DNA from: an uncultured virus (IMG/VR IMGVR_UViG_3300023117_001979)
Lineage: Duplodnaviria; Heunggongvirae; Uroviricota; Caudoviricetes
DNA length: 64,000 nucleotides
Reading direction: 5' to 3' (one strand)
Virus record (IMG/VR): IMGVR_UViG_3300023117_001979
Part shown: one piece after another, positions 36,964 to 45,959 of the stretch
How positions within the stretch are numbered: the stretch's first letter is position 1
How the letters are laid out: each line of letters opens with the position of its first letter
The notes under the pieces: generated by a model
The model's input: only the letters and a program-made list of their open reading frames with translations
The model's database searches: none
Told to the model about the DNA's origin: nothing
Program-made: the position numbers and the translations under genes

Positions 36964-38721
36964 ATGAAACGAAAATTGTGCCTCTTGATTTTGAGCCTGC
37001 TACTGACCACCCCCTACATTACTGGAGGTGAGAATATTAATGGCTTCGCTGACGACACTGAAATCCCCAATGCGCACACGATGATGAAAGTCCGTGGACG
37101 CAAGAAGTGGAAGACTGTTACTGATGTTGCAAAACAGAAGAAAGCAGTCAACGCAGCTGCGCAACAAGCTTACCTTTCTTCACCCGAAGGCAAGGCTGAG
37201 CTTGCGGCTGCTTCCAAAGGAATTTCTCAGCGCAAGAAGCGCCTTATCTTGAAAGGCGACATTCCGTTTGCCCCGTCTATTGATGACCAACCTACATATT
37301 GGAAAGTCAACTCTTCCCTTCCTCGGAGGATTGATAGCTTCCAAAGTAACATTAGTTGGTTTGCGGGGTTCATTCGGAAAACACTGACAAATGCTGGGCT
37401 CAGTCGACGCCAAGCAAAGAAACTTGTCAAAGAGTATTTCCCAAGCAACCGAGCGATTCGCAAGGAAGCTGGGGAAACTAACAAAACTGCTGACGCACTC
37501 CGATACGAATATACGGTTCGTCAGATAGTACTTCACCGATACTTGAGGAATCATGTCAATGACTGGCGTGTTTCTCAAGTCAAATCTTTTAGAGAACAGC
37601 ACACAAAGGAGTGTGCAAAACTCGAACAACAATTGGTGATGATGGGAGGCTGGGAGTCTCCTGAAGATGTTCGCAAAAGCTATGACCATCGATTAAAGTC
37701 TGCTCTCACCCCAATGGTGAAGTATCAGGCTGGCGTGATGAAAGGCCTACAATTGGAAATGAAACAAATCCGAGAGTGGGCTGAAGTCAAAAATTATGCG
37801 ACCAAAGAAAATGTCCAATTATTGGGCAAAGTCCTAAAACAGTTAGAGGCAATACGCCTTGACCTCGATGTACTGCTTGAAAACGCAGTTAAGAAGAATA
37901 TGAAACTGACTAGGGCACAGGTACTTGCAGCGGCCAATAAAAAGGCAGCTGAAATCGAGCAACTTTGGAAGTCTCGCATTTCTGAAAAAAGAGCATCCAT
38001 CTTGCAAAAGCGAGATGAATACCTTGCGTCTGAAGACTACCGTACTCGAACTACTCTTCACTGGAAGATTAAGGAACACAAGTACACTATGAACGATTTT
38101 GATGATTTCATCAAACAATCACTGCGGATTCCCTATGATATGCTTTGCAATCTAGAGGAAAGCACACCGTGGACAAATTTTGAATCAAGCATAAACTGGA
38201 TAAAAGGTGAGCATGTTCTCACTGGCTTATTTACCAGGGCAGCTGAGTTTGACCTTGTCCACCACCCTGTACTCCTAAATAATGGAGTTACACCTTGGAG
38301 TCTCCGAGAGGCTCTAAGCATCAATGGTACATTCAACCAAAGCCAGCGGTTTATCTCTATTCCGCGTAGTACGGCTGAATTGGAAAAGATGACTTACCCC
38401 GAACTCACCTCATACGCGAAAGAGCGAGGAATCAAAACATGGGTTCGAGAATGGGTAGACGACAAAAGAACGGTTGTGCCAATGCCAGCTGACCAACTGG
38501 TCAGGGCTTGCGCTACGACTTTACACCTCGACTCTCCTAGGGACGGCCAAGTCCTTTACGAGCTAGGTATTCACTACAACGAAGTCTTTTCTGAATCTCA
38601 AATTTTCAAAAACAAGTGGGCTGGAGATGTTTACTCTTTCACTGCCCCTTCGGTTGAAGCCCATGCAAAGACAGTTATGGCTGAGAAGGTTGACCACTTA
38701 CTCAGCGACTTTGACTTCTGA
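36964..38721 (+). CDS. large basic helical protein with signal-like N-terminus and Rho-N/HEH-like motif
   Basis: MKRKLCLLILSLLL...; ELEKMTYPELTSYAKERGIK. Confidence 0.75.
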   Translation: MKRKLCLLILSLLLTTPYITGGENINGFADDTEIPNAHTMMKVRGRKKWKTVTDVAKQKKAVNAAAQQAYLSSPEGKAELAAASKGISQRKKRLILKGDIPFAPSIDDQPTYWKVNSSLPRRIDSFQSNISWFAGFIRKTLTNAGLSRRQAKKLVKEYFPSNRAIRKEAGETNKTADALRYEYTVRQIVLHRYLRNHVNDWRVSQVKSFREQHTKECAKLEQQLVMMGGWESPEDVRKSYDHRLKSALTPMVKYQAGVMKGLQLEMKQIREWAEVKNYATKENVQLLGKVLKQLEAIRLDLDVLLENAVKKNMKLTRAQVLAAANKKAAEIEQLWKSRISEKRASILQKRDEYLASEDYRTRTTLHWKIKEHKYTMNDFDDFIKQSLRIPYDMLCNLEESTPWTNFESSINWIKGEHVLTGLFTRAAEFDLVHHPVLLNNGVTPWSLREALSINGTFNQSQRFISIPRSTAELEKMTYPELTSYAKERGIKTWVREWVDDKRTVVPMPADQLVRACATTLHLDSPRDGQVLYELGIHYNEVFSESQIFKNKWAGDVYSFTAPSVEAHAKTVMAEKVDHLLSDFDF

Positions 38722-38785
38722 GCAAAAAGGGTGTGTTTAAGCTAAATCTCCATTTTCCCCTGGAGCTGCGGCTTGCCGATAAGTC

Positions 38786-39130
38786 ATGGTAAATGATAGC
38801 TTGATAGCGGAAACCAAACCGCTGAAAGAATTTCTGTTAGAGCAGATTAAAGCTAGTGTCCCTACCTACGAAAAAAGAATTCTTGGTTGGGGGGAACTAG
38901 CTACTGGTCTAGCAGTGGTTGTTAAGTTTCAACCACCAAAAAGCGAATTTAGCCTCAGTTCCATTACATCAGGAATTAGAGATGCTAGAGGTAGCTTGCG
39001 CAGTGAGCATACAATTCGAAGTTTGATAAAGTCGATGATGTTTTATCGTCTTATTGTTCAAACTAGCTATGCTAAGGGCGCTACTGCCTACCGTATTAAC
39101 TTTGAAATCCCAGGTGAGCTTTGTGCTTGA
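38786..39130 (+). CDS. putative winged-helix protein
   Basis: FSLSSI...SEHTIRSLIKSM...LIV...AYRIN. Confidence 0.55.
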   Translation: MVNDSLIAETKPLKEFLLEQIKASVPTYEKRILGWGELATGLAVVVKFQPPKSEFSLSSITSGIRDARGSLRSEHTIRSLIKSMMFYRLIVQTSYAKGATAYRINFEIPGELCA

Positions 39131-39371
39131 TAAAATTAAAAATGCCTGGAACAAGGTAATGTCTTCCACCCCTGTGGAAGAAGAGCTAAGCACTAACAAA
39201 GTTGACGATTGCGTTAACCTAGTTTTTGAAATGGCTAAACTCATGCAAATCGACCCGCAGCAAATCGTGGATGCTATGTATGAGCGATTAGAGGTCTTAA
39301 AGATGAAAGAACGATTTGACCCTGATATTGACGCAATTATGATATTGCATGGAGATAACCCCGATGCCTGA
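39054..39371 (+). CDS. hypothetical protein (start probably internal)
   Basis: Fills the gap between neighbours. Confidence 0.5.
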   Translation: MFKLAMLRALLPTVLTLKSQVSFVLDKIKNAWNKVMSSTPVEEELSTNKVDDCVNLVFEMAKLMQIDPQQIVDAMYERLEVLKMKERFDPDIDAIMILHGDNPDA

Positions 39372-39858
39372 TAGAACAGAAGATTTCGAGGCCATCTCTA
39401 ACGACGAGTGGTTTGACACTCATGTTTATCCTAAAATAAATAGGATAAGCCGAAGAGAAGATGGAATGTACTTTGTTGCTATATCCCAGTGTTGGGAAAG
39501 GCACAAGTATAACGATGAGTATGCTGGGCCTGTAAAATTGGCAGCATTTCCAAAAAAGGTTACAACGCCACAAAAATGGTTACCTAACTTCTCACATGCC
39601 GTCCGGTTTTGGCAAACGCTGAAAAATAAACTGGACAGTATCGGAGCTACTAATGCTCGTGTGGATATTCGCTTGTACCTTTCAGGTGCTAGCGGTCCCA
39701 AAGCCGCGTTACTTTACGCAATCGAGGACAATGTTTCTCGACAAGGCCTTCCTTACTTTGAAACTCCTTTCAATTGGGCAATTATTCCCATGGTTTGGAA
39801 TTCAGAAACAAGAAAATACGAGGAAGAGCCGACCATTTATTCTTACCCCAGTAGGTGA
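39349..39858 (+). CDS. hypothetical protein
   Basis: 169-aa ORF. Confidence 0.65.
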   Translation: MEITPMPDRTEDFEAISNDEWFDTHVYPKINRISRREDGMYFVAISQCWERHKYNDEYAGPVKLAAFPKKVTTPQKWLPNFSHAVRFWQTLKNKLDSIGATNARVDIRLYLSGASGPKAALLYAIEDNVSRQGLPYFETPFNWAIIPMVWNSETRKYEEEPTIYSYPSR

Positions 39859-39905
39859 GAGTAATAAGTGAACCGTGAAACGAAGTCACAATTTGGAGGA
39901 ATTTT

Positions 39906-40787
39906 ATGGTAAGAAAGAGACTCTTTCTTCACCCTACCTTTGACTGTTCTTTTGACCATGTTTGCAGGGAAGACTGCTACTTGTTAAACGATAAAACAGC
40001 TGATGAGAAAAAATTTCGCTTGCCTGATGAATACTGGGTTAATATTACTCGGTTAGCAGGCGAAAGTGGGTTTAAGGAGCTATCCTTACCAATTAATCCT
40101 CTTAGGGGCGTCACAGGCGTGAAAGACCCCTTGCACTGGTTGAGATTACTTGCTCCTGTTGCTAAGGAGTTTGAAATGGTAATCAATATAACCACTACTT
40201 TAGATGTTGCTCAAAAAATTGAGGAAACAGATATTGTCGACATTATTGCAATCTCAATTGACGATTATCGTACAGGAAAAGATTGGAATAAGCATGCCAA
40301 AAAGCTTGCAGCGCAAGTGGAAAGGCTACAAGGCTTTGGTATAGAAGTAAACTGTAACCTTAGCTATGACTCAGGTACTCAAATTAGCTTCTTGTTCAAT
40401 CGAGAAACACGAAGAAAATTCCTGGTCGAAACATTTGATTACACTACTGCCCTTTGGCCTAAACCGCTAAAGAAGGCAGGTATCAATACTATTGGAGCAG
40501 CGCGCCTAATTCAAAAAGGGCAGCGCAACGGCTCCGACTATCCTGACCTTATCGGTGAATCCGAAGGTTTCTTGGAAGATTATTGTATGTCCTTTGCGAG
40601 AGGAAATTCGAGTTGCGATGCTGGCTACGGTCAGTTATCTATCGATGCTTTTGGGCGGTTAGCTATCTGCCCTTACTCTCCTCACGGAGTTGATGTATCA
40701 ACACCTGAGAAATTTCAGGACTACCTAGTAAACACACTACCAAAGAACAAGGTAATCGAATCTTGTGATTTGATTGATGTTGAATAG
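39906..40787 (+). CDS. divergent radical-SAM-like protein with Twitch/SPASM-like C-terminus
   Basis: N-terminal CSFDHVCREDC, IAISID, CDAGYGQLSIDAFGRLAICPY. Confidence 0.6.
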   Translation: MVRKRLFLHPTFDCSFDHVCREDCYLLNDKTADEKKFRLPDEYWVNITRLAGESGFKELSLPINPLRGVTGVKDPLHWLRLLAPVAKEFEMVINITTTLDVAQKIEETDIVDIIAISIDDYRTGKDWNKHAKKLAAQVERLQGFGIEVNCNLSYDSGTQISFLFNRETRRKFLVETFDYTTALWPKPLKKAGINTIGAARLIQKGQRNGSDYPDLIGESEGFLEDYCMSFARGNSSCDAGYGQLSIDAFGRLAICPYSPHGVDVSTPEKFQDYLVNTLPKNKVIESCDLIDVE

Positions 40788-40845
40788 GGAAATAAGCGTG
40801 GTTGCTGTCTTGTGAGAATAGAACCGGGTACGCCCGCTCAAAAAG

Positions 40846-41391
40846 ATGCCACAGGACGAGCATAATACGACAAATATAACAGAGAGAACGCTTATTCCAC
40901 TCAAGAATGAGTGCTTTAAGAGAGACATTGAAACTGCTGAGCAACTGCTTTCTAACCAAGGCGAATTGCTCATGCGAGTTTTGCGAGAAAACCGCCCATA
41001 TTGGCGAGAGTGCCCTCACTGCGAGGCCTTTCTTAAGCCACAGCGGGACAAGAAAGTTGCAGACTGCGAGGAGCGAGGTTGGGTCCTACCTGACTTTGCT
41101 GTGCGCGGATATGCATTCCAGCGATTGGACGAGGTAGAGATAGTAGACGACGGAGTTGTCTGCAAGTTTCACCCTGACCATTATTTCGCTACACTTTCTG
41201 ACTTCTCCTCTATTTTTGCACCTAAGGTTGTCACTCCGACGACCGTTTGGGTGGATAGACTAAAGCGACCTGTTATTCAGAAGTCTAGAAACTGCATTGG
41301 TTTGAAGCACCCCCACTGTTCCATCTGTGGAATGTGTCATACTAACGCAAGGTCTCACGACCGTGGGCACCCTGGTACCCGCCGTTACTGA
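40846..41391 (+). CDS. Cys-rich hypothetical protein
   Basis: 181 aa; CPHC, CSIC..CH. Confidence 0.65.
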   Translation: MPQDEHNTTNITERTLIPLKNECFKRDIETAEQLLSNQGELLMRVLRENRPYWRECPHCEAFLKPQRDKKVADCEERGWVLPDFAVRGYAFQRLDEVEIVDDGVVCKFHPDHYFATLSDFSSIFAPKVVTPTTVWVDRLKRPVIQKSRNCIGLKHPHCSICGMCHTNARSHDRGHPGTRRY

Positions 41392-41416
41392 CTTCCCTTC
41401 GAGGACCAATCCTTGA

Positions 41417-41677
41417 TTGAATAAGCGTGGTTGCTGTCTTGTGCGAAGAATGTCACAAGACATGATTTTGATTGAGAAAGGAAAACTGATTAGGTTCGTA
41501 AAGGACCTGGTCGAGAGGAACAGCCAATGCTGTATAGACCAAATGTGCTGTCAGCACTACATTACCCACAAAGAGGAAATGGAAGACAGGGAGTACTACA
41601 ATACTCTACTCGAAGACTTCGGCCTTTCGCTTGAAGACTTTGAGTTCGACGAGCGTGGCTACTTTATCGAAGACTGA
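41417..41677 (+). CDS. small hypothetical protein (start probably ATG 41450 or 41462)
   Basis: Follows a motif copy at 41421. Confidence 0.55.
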   Translation: MNKRGCCLVRRMSQDMILIEKGKLIRFVKDLVERNSQCCIDQMCCQHYITHKEEMEDREYYNTLLEDFGLSLEDFEFDERGYFIED

Positions 41678-41802
41678 CCTCAATCCTGGACCGAAGCTTG
41701 ACTGTGGTTTGCCCGCCCACCGTCAATATTTAGGGCACACGACAGGTGCCAGTCCCCGGTACCTGTCTTCTAAGTGAATAAGCGTGTATAAGGTGAAAAA
41801 CC

Positions 41803-42150
41803 ATGGTAGAGCTAAAAGCAAACCAATTTTTACTCCGCTCAATAAATGTAAACGAGGTGGAGATAATGAAGGGAACGCACTGGTCTGAGACTCGCACCCT
41901 TCGAAGAAATGATGTTCTCGTACATAAGAGGACAGGACAACTTGCCCGTGTTGTCACGAGCGTGTATGGCTTCGACAATGACCGTCACCTTGGATATGGG
42001 GAAGTTTACAACATCGAGTATGTTGAATGTGTTAAAGGTGGGATGGAAACATGTTACCATTTGAAGCACAATTTTAATTCTAGCGGAATAGCTAGAGACT
42101 TTATATTCACTGAAGAACAGTGGCCTTACCCTTTAGAAGACGAGGAGTAA
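41803..42150 (+). CDS. hypothetical protein
   Basis: AGGTGA RBS. Confidence 0.65.
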   Translation: MVELKANQFLLRSINVNEVEIMKGTHWSETRTLRRNDVLVHKRTGQLARVVTSVYGFDNDRHLGYGEVYNIEYVECVKGGMETCYHLKHNFNSSGIARDFIFTEEQWPYPLEDEE

Positions 42151-42175
42151 GTAAATAAGCGTGTATTAGGAAACC

Positions 42176-42766
42176 ATGACTGAACAACAGTTTTATGGAC
42201 TATCCTTTACTTCACCAATTTTGGTGATAGGAAGAGGAGAACCTGGAGTAGGTAAAACTACTACTTTTCAAAAAATGAAAGAAGATATTGAGAAGGTCAA
42301 CCACCTTCGTGTCGGAATTTTTTCGACTGATAACATCTTCATTAACGCCGATGGCGAGTACGAATTTGTACCTTGGGCCATCGGAGCTGCACACATGTTT
42401 GAAAGCCATGAATTGATTTTATCAATGCGCGCTAGAGACTATGATGTGTACTTTTTGGATAACACTAACCTTCAACGCTGGGAGTACCTCTCCTATTTGC
42501 GTGAGGCCATGTATGAAAATTTCCGTGTGATGATTCTTGACCTTCGCGGTCAGGAAAACTACGGAAACATTCATGGTGTACCTGAAGATAAAGTTAAGCA
42601 GATGGCTGAGCTATCTGACAATCCATATCCCCCTCACATTGAATCATACTATGCAAAGAACCAAGAATACTATGACTGGGTTAAGATTACTGAAAGTGAC
42701 CCACGCATCATTCAAGGTTTGATTCTAATGCACTTAGGGGGAGGGCCTGTTGGACAAGATTCTTGA
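42176..42766 (+). CDS. P-loop kinase (AAA_33 / N4BP2-like polynucleotide kinase)
   Basis: RGEPGVGKTT, STD, AH, DNTNLQRWE, NIHGVP..KV..M. Confidence 0.8.
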   Translation: MTEQQFYGLSFTSPILVIGRGEPGVGKTTTFQKMKEDIEKVNHLRVGIFSTDNIFINADGEYEFVPWAIGAAHMFESHELILSMRARDYDVYFLDNTNLQRWEYLSYLREAMYENFRVMILDLRGQENYGNIHGVPEDKVKQMAELSDNPYPPHIESYYAKNQEYYDWVKITESDPRIIQGLILMHLGGGPVGQDS

Positions 42767-43445
42767 ACAACTACATGGCAACAAAAGCTTCCGTGTGAAG
42801 CATTGTCCTCCTGACAAATATGGAGAGTGGCAGCGAAAAGAGCATGAAGATTGGCAACGAAACGCCAAGCCTGAAACTGATTGCTGCTGCACAGATGTAA
42901 TTTATACCGCTGAAGAGTGGAGTAAAGAAAGCTTGCTAATGAGCGGCTTTGAATACGCATCTATTATCATAGCCAGTGCTAATACTAAGTGCTGGAAATG
43001 GGAACACGATATTGGCTCTTGGAAGTTCAGTCCTAAAATAGTCGGCACACATGGTAGTCGGCTCGAATATAGGCAAGTGGACCGAAATATGAGCGTAAGG
43101 AAAATTCGTGACTTAATCAAAATGGCGAGCCATAAGGAAGCGCATATGCTAGCTAGGGCTTCGCCGGAATTGCAAAAAACCTACAACAAGGGACATGTCA
43201 ACATTAGAGGTGTCCCGTTTCCTATAAATCGGCTAAGAAAGGCCCTCATGTACCAAGATGAAAATACCCTTTTCGACTTGACAGTTATTACTTACGGGCC
43301 CGATTGGAAAGAACGAGAAAAAGAAGCATGTTCAGTGCTTTTTATGCTGGGTGGACAACATCACATTTTAGTCCATTCTCAAAGTCACTCGTATACCAAG
43401 GAGTTGAAAGGTATGACCTCTATTGGTTATGACGCTTACGATTAG
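42750..43445 (+). CDS. hypothetical protein
   Basis: 231-aa ORF, GGGGGAGG RBS. Confidence 0.65.
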   Translation: MDKILEQLHGNKSFRVKHCPPDKYGEWQRKEHEDWQRNAKPETDCCCTDVIYTAEEWSKESLLMSGFEYASIIIASANTKCWKWEHDIGSWKFSPKIVGTHGSRLEYRQVDRNMSVRKIRDLIKMASHKEAHMLARASPELQKTYNKGHVNIRGVPFPINRLRKALMYQDENTLFDLTVITYGPDWKEREKEACSVLFMLGGQHHILVHSQSHSYTKELKGMTSIGYDAYD

Positions 43446-43454
43446 GTGAAATAA

Positions 43455-43787
43455 GTGGACAGAATTTGTAAATTATGCCGCATTACATTTGACTTCAAAG
43501 GTGGAAGTCTTTTGTGCTCGCTCTCATGCCAAGATGTGTATGAGCGCTTGCGAAACAACCTCTACTCTAGAACGGTAGCACCTGCAAAAAGCACGGTTGA
43601 CCGCCTAGAAACACAGACTAGGATAGCAAAGGAAGAACACCGCACTGCGGTTAGTACCCATAACGCTTTTTGTCAGTCTGACAACCCGCTTAAGTTTTTG
43701 ATAGAAACACTTGATGACGACACTTATCGGGCTGTTGTAAAAGAAATAGGAGATGATGTTCTTGCCTCAACTGAAAATTCGGATTGA
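43455..43787 (+). CDS. zinc-finger + coiled-coil protein
   Basis: CKLC...CSLSC; GTG start in ATAAGTG. Confidence 0.65.
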   Translation: MDRICKLCRITFDFKGGSLLCSLSCQDVYERLRNNLYSRTVAPAKSTVDRLETQTRIAKEEHRTAVSTHNAFCQSDNPLKFLIETLDDDTYRAVVKEIGDDVLASTENSD

Positions 43788-43862
43788 AACTGAAGAATAT
43801 ATCTATGAAGAATACTTTGAAGCTTGAGCTTCGAGTTTCTTTAGTCCTATAAGGTAGGTAAA

Positions 43863-44261
43863 ATGTCATTTGATATGCAACTAACCGTTACTGCCACTGG
43901 GTCGGATGTGTTTACACTCCTTCGTGCCCTTAATTTGGCAGGGCTGGAGCACCTCGTTGAGGAAGCCCCAGCTAAAGAAATTGTCGAGGTTTCTAACTTT
44001 GACAAATCTGATGGAATTGACTTGGATATGCTTCCAGGTACAGTTTCTTTTTCAAAGTCTCCTAAAAGGAAGAAGCGAAAGCGTCGTGCTCCGCTTACTG
44101 ACATTCAGAAGGCTAAAATCGAAGAGCTAGCACTGGCTAACAGTGCCGCAAAGATTGCGAAATGCCTCGATATTCCCTACAACACCGTTTGGGCGTTTGC
44201 GAGAGCAAACGATATTCAATTTGGTGTTAAAGAAAAAGGCGGAAGACCGCCTAAAAACTAA
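43863..44261 (+). CDS. C-terminal helix-turn-helix protein
   Basis: SAAKIAKCLDIPYNTVWAF; GGRPPK. Confidence 0.65.
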   Translation: MSFDMQLTVTATGSDVFTLLRALNLAGLEHLVEEAPAKEIVEVSNFDKSDGIDLDMLPGTVSFSKSPKRKKRKRRAPLTDIQKAKIEELALANSAAKIAKCLDIPYNTVWAFARANDIQFGVKEKGGRPPKN

Positions 44262-44294
44262 CTGCTTTCCTTAGTTTCTAGGGTAAGTATAAGC

Positions 44295-44624
44295 GTGGAT
44301 AAACAACCTAACACGACCCTTGCGGAGCTAGAAGAGCTTTGCACTGAATGGAATAGCCGTTCAGAAAAACCCTCAGCGGAGTACTTAACTTGGCTCCCTG
44401 AATTTCATGAAACAGTCGTAGAGGCTAGAGGAGGCTTGTTTGCTCTCTTCTTTGCTTACTGCGATTTAGATGAAGACAATGACCCGTCTAACGGAGTATA
44501 TCGTTGTCTTTATCCTCTCCTCCCGATAGGAAGCGGAGGCGTTGCTCTTATTACAAGGAACCCTGAAACCTTGGAGCACGAAGTTGAGAAGTTTTTGGCC
44601 CAAATACGCCATCAGCTCAGCTAA
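44295..44624 (+). CDS. hypothetical protein
   Basis: GTG start in ATAAGCGTG. Confidence 0.65.
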   Translation: MDKQPNTTLAELEELCTEWNSRSEKPSAEYLTWLPEFHETVVEARGGLFALFFAYCDLDEDNDPSNGVYRCLYPLLPIGSGGVALITRNPETLEHEVEKFLAQIRHQLS

Positions 44625-44632
44625 AAATAAGC

Positions 44633-45379
44633 GTGGAACAATTTACAAGCGACACGACCCTGGAGTATTTCTTAGAAAACAAGGAGAAGTTCATTCTCCC
44701 TGTTGATGAGACTCCGACGGACGAGCAAGTACTCAGTCTGTTAAACAACGCAGCCGTTACAATGAATTTTGAAAACGGTGACATTGATGGGATTGGATTT
44801 GATATTGACTCCCTGAAATTTATGCAAAACAACCCTCACCACATGGAGGGTCTACTCGTTAACCACATTGCCCTGATGCTTTACCGCCTCAGGTTCTTTG
44901 CTGACGAGCTAACTCCTCAAGAGTATGAAATCCTTGAGCGAGCCGTGTTTTGGAGCGACATTGGTAAGCAGGCAACTGCAAAACCAAAGAAACTGGAAGA
45001 CGGGACTGAAATCACGACTGCATACGGTCATGCTAAGAAGTCCTCAGAAATTCTCAGGTCCGCCCAAGGCCCTATATACCCAGCTATTGACTACTGGTGG
45101 TTCAAGCCTGTTAATTGGCTGGTGTGTGAGCACATGAATGCTCACAACCTAGAAAAGAACAAGGAAAAAACGGTTATACCTGATTTCCTTGTGCCTCAAA
45201 TCGAGGGACTAAAGCCCTGGGAATTCCCGGAGTGGGAGTACCTCGTTATACCCCACACTGCGGGTAAAGGATTCAACAAGCAAAGTTATGCTTGGATTAA
45301 CCGCAATCACAAGCTACTCCGTATTAAGGGTAAGCTAGACGAAGACGGTCGTATTTCCGACCTTTCTTTTAGTCTGTGA
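44633..45379 (+). CDS. HD-domain-like phosphohydrolase (degenerate HD: SD)
   Basis: HHMEG.L.NH, FWSDIGK, AYGHA..S, EHM. Confidence 0.6.
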   Translation: MEQFTSDTTLEYFLENKEKFILPVDETPTDEQVLSLLNNAAVTMNFENGDIDGIGFDIDSLKFMQNNPHHMEGLLVNHIALMLYRLRFFADELTPQEYEILERAVFWSDIGKQATAKPKKLEDGTEITTAYGHAKKSSEILRSAQGPIYPAIDYWWFKPVNWLVCEHMNAHNLEKNKEKTVIPDFLVPQIEGLKPWEFPEWEYLVIPHTAGKGFNKQSYAWINRNHKLLRIKGKLDEDGRISDLSFSL

Positions 45380-45394
45380 TATATAAGTGTGAAA

Positions 45395-45425
45395 GTAGTA
45401 CTACTTTCCCAAGCGCTACAATATG
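45395..45425 (+). promoter_or_regulatory. bipartite element copy 3
   Basis: GTAGTACTAC tttcccaa GCGCTACAATATG. Confidence 0.8.
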
Positions 45426-45427
45426 AG

Positions 45428-45920
45428 CCAGGGAGTGCATACTGCTCAGTATGTCCCCGTGCATTTATGCATATGGCCTGAGTAACGCTAGTGAAACATT
45501 AGTGATTAGTGATAAGTGAATAGGATAGAACAACTTGGACCGTGGCGGTAAACTGTCACCCATTCAAGTTATCCTTGAAATTGCCGCCTTTGCGAACCCC
45601 GATGCATTGGCGAAAGAGTAGGGCATTAGTGAATCAGGTTCTCAACCTGTGAAACTAATGAATTTCGAGACAAGTAAAATACGCTTTCCGAAGCGGTTTT
45701 GCCTGTTTTAAGGACTTGAAGTAACCACGACTCTAGCCGAGTTGACTCCGGGTTACTTCTCGTAGGCTCTCCTGCCCTAACGGGTAGAGAGATGGAGAAA
45801 TTTCAGCAAATAGCGACCTTGTTGCAACGAGTTAGCTGTTTGTACTGTGAAAACACTCTAATTTGGGCTTCACAGCCGATTTTCGAGTGTAAAACATGAA
45901 ATTAGCGTGGTGAACCAGAA
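45428..45920 (+). ncRNA. putative ~0.5 kb structured RNA 2a
   Basis: No ORF in the track; serial hairpins between element copies 3 and 4. Confidence 0.6.
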
Positions 45921-45928
45921 ATGTAGTA

Positions 45929-45959
45929 GTAGTACTACTTTGCTGGGCGCTACAACATG
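45929..45959 (+). promoter_or_regulatory. bipartite element copy 4
   Basis: GTAGTACTAC tttgctgg GCGCTACAACATG. Confidence 0.8.

Noticed and set aside
32105..45959. CRISPR array or mini-array made from the repeated GTAGTACTAC element or the 23-nt repeat
   Set aside because: Copies are hundreds to thousands of bases apart, not separated by 30-40-nt spacers. The Cas4-like nuclease is a solo gene and no other cas genes were recognised.
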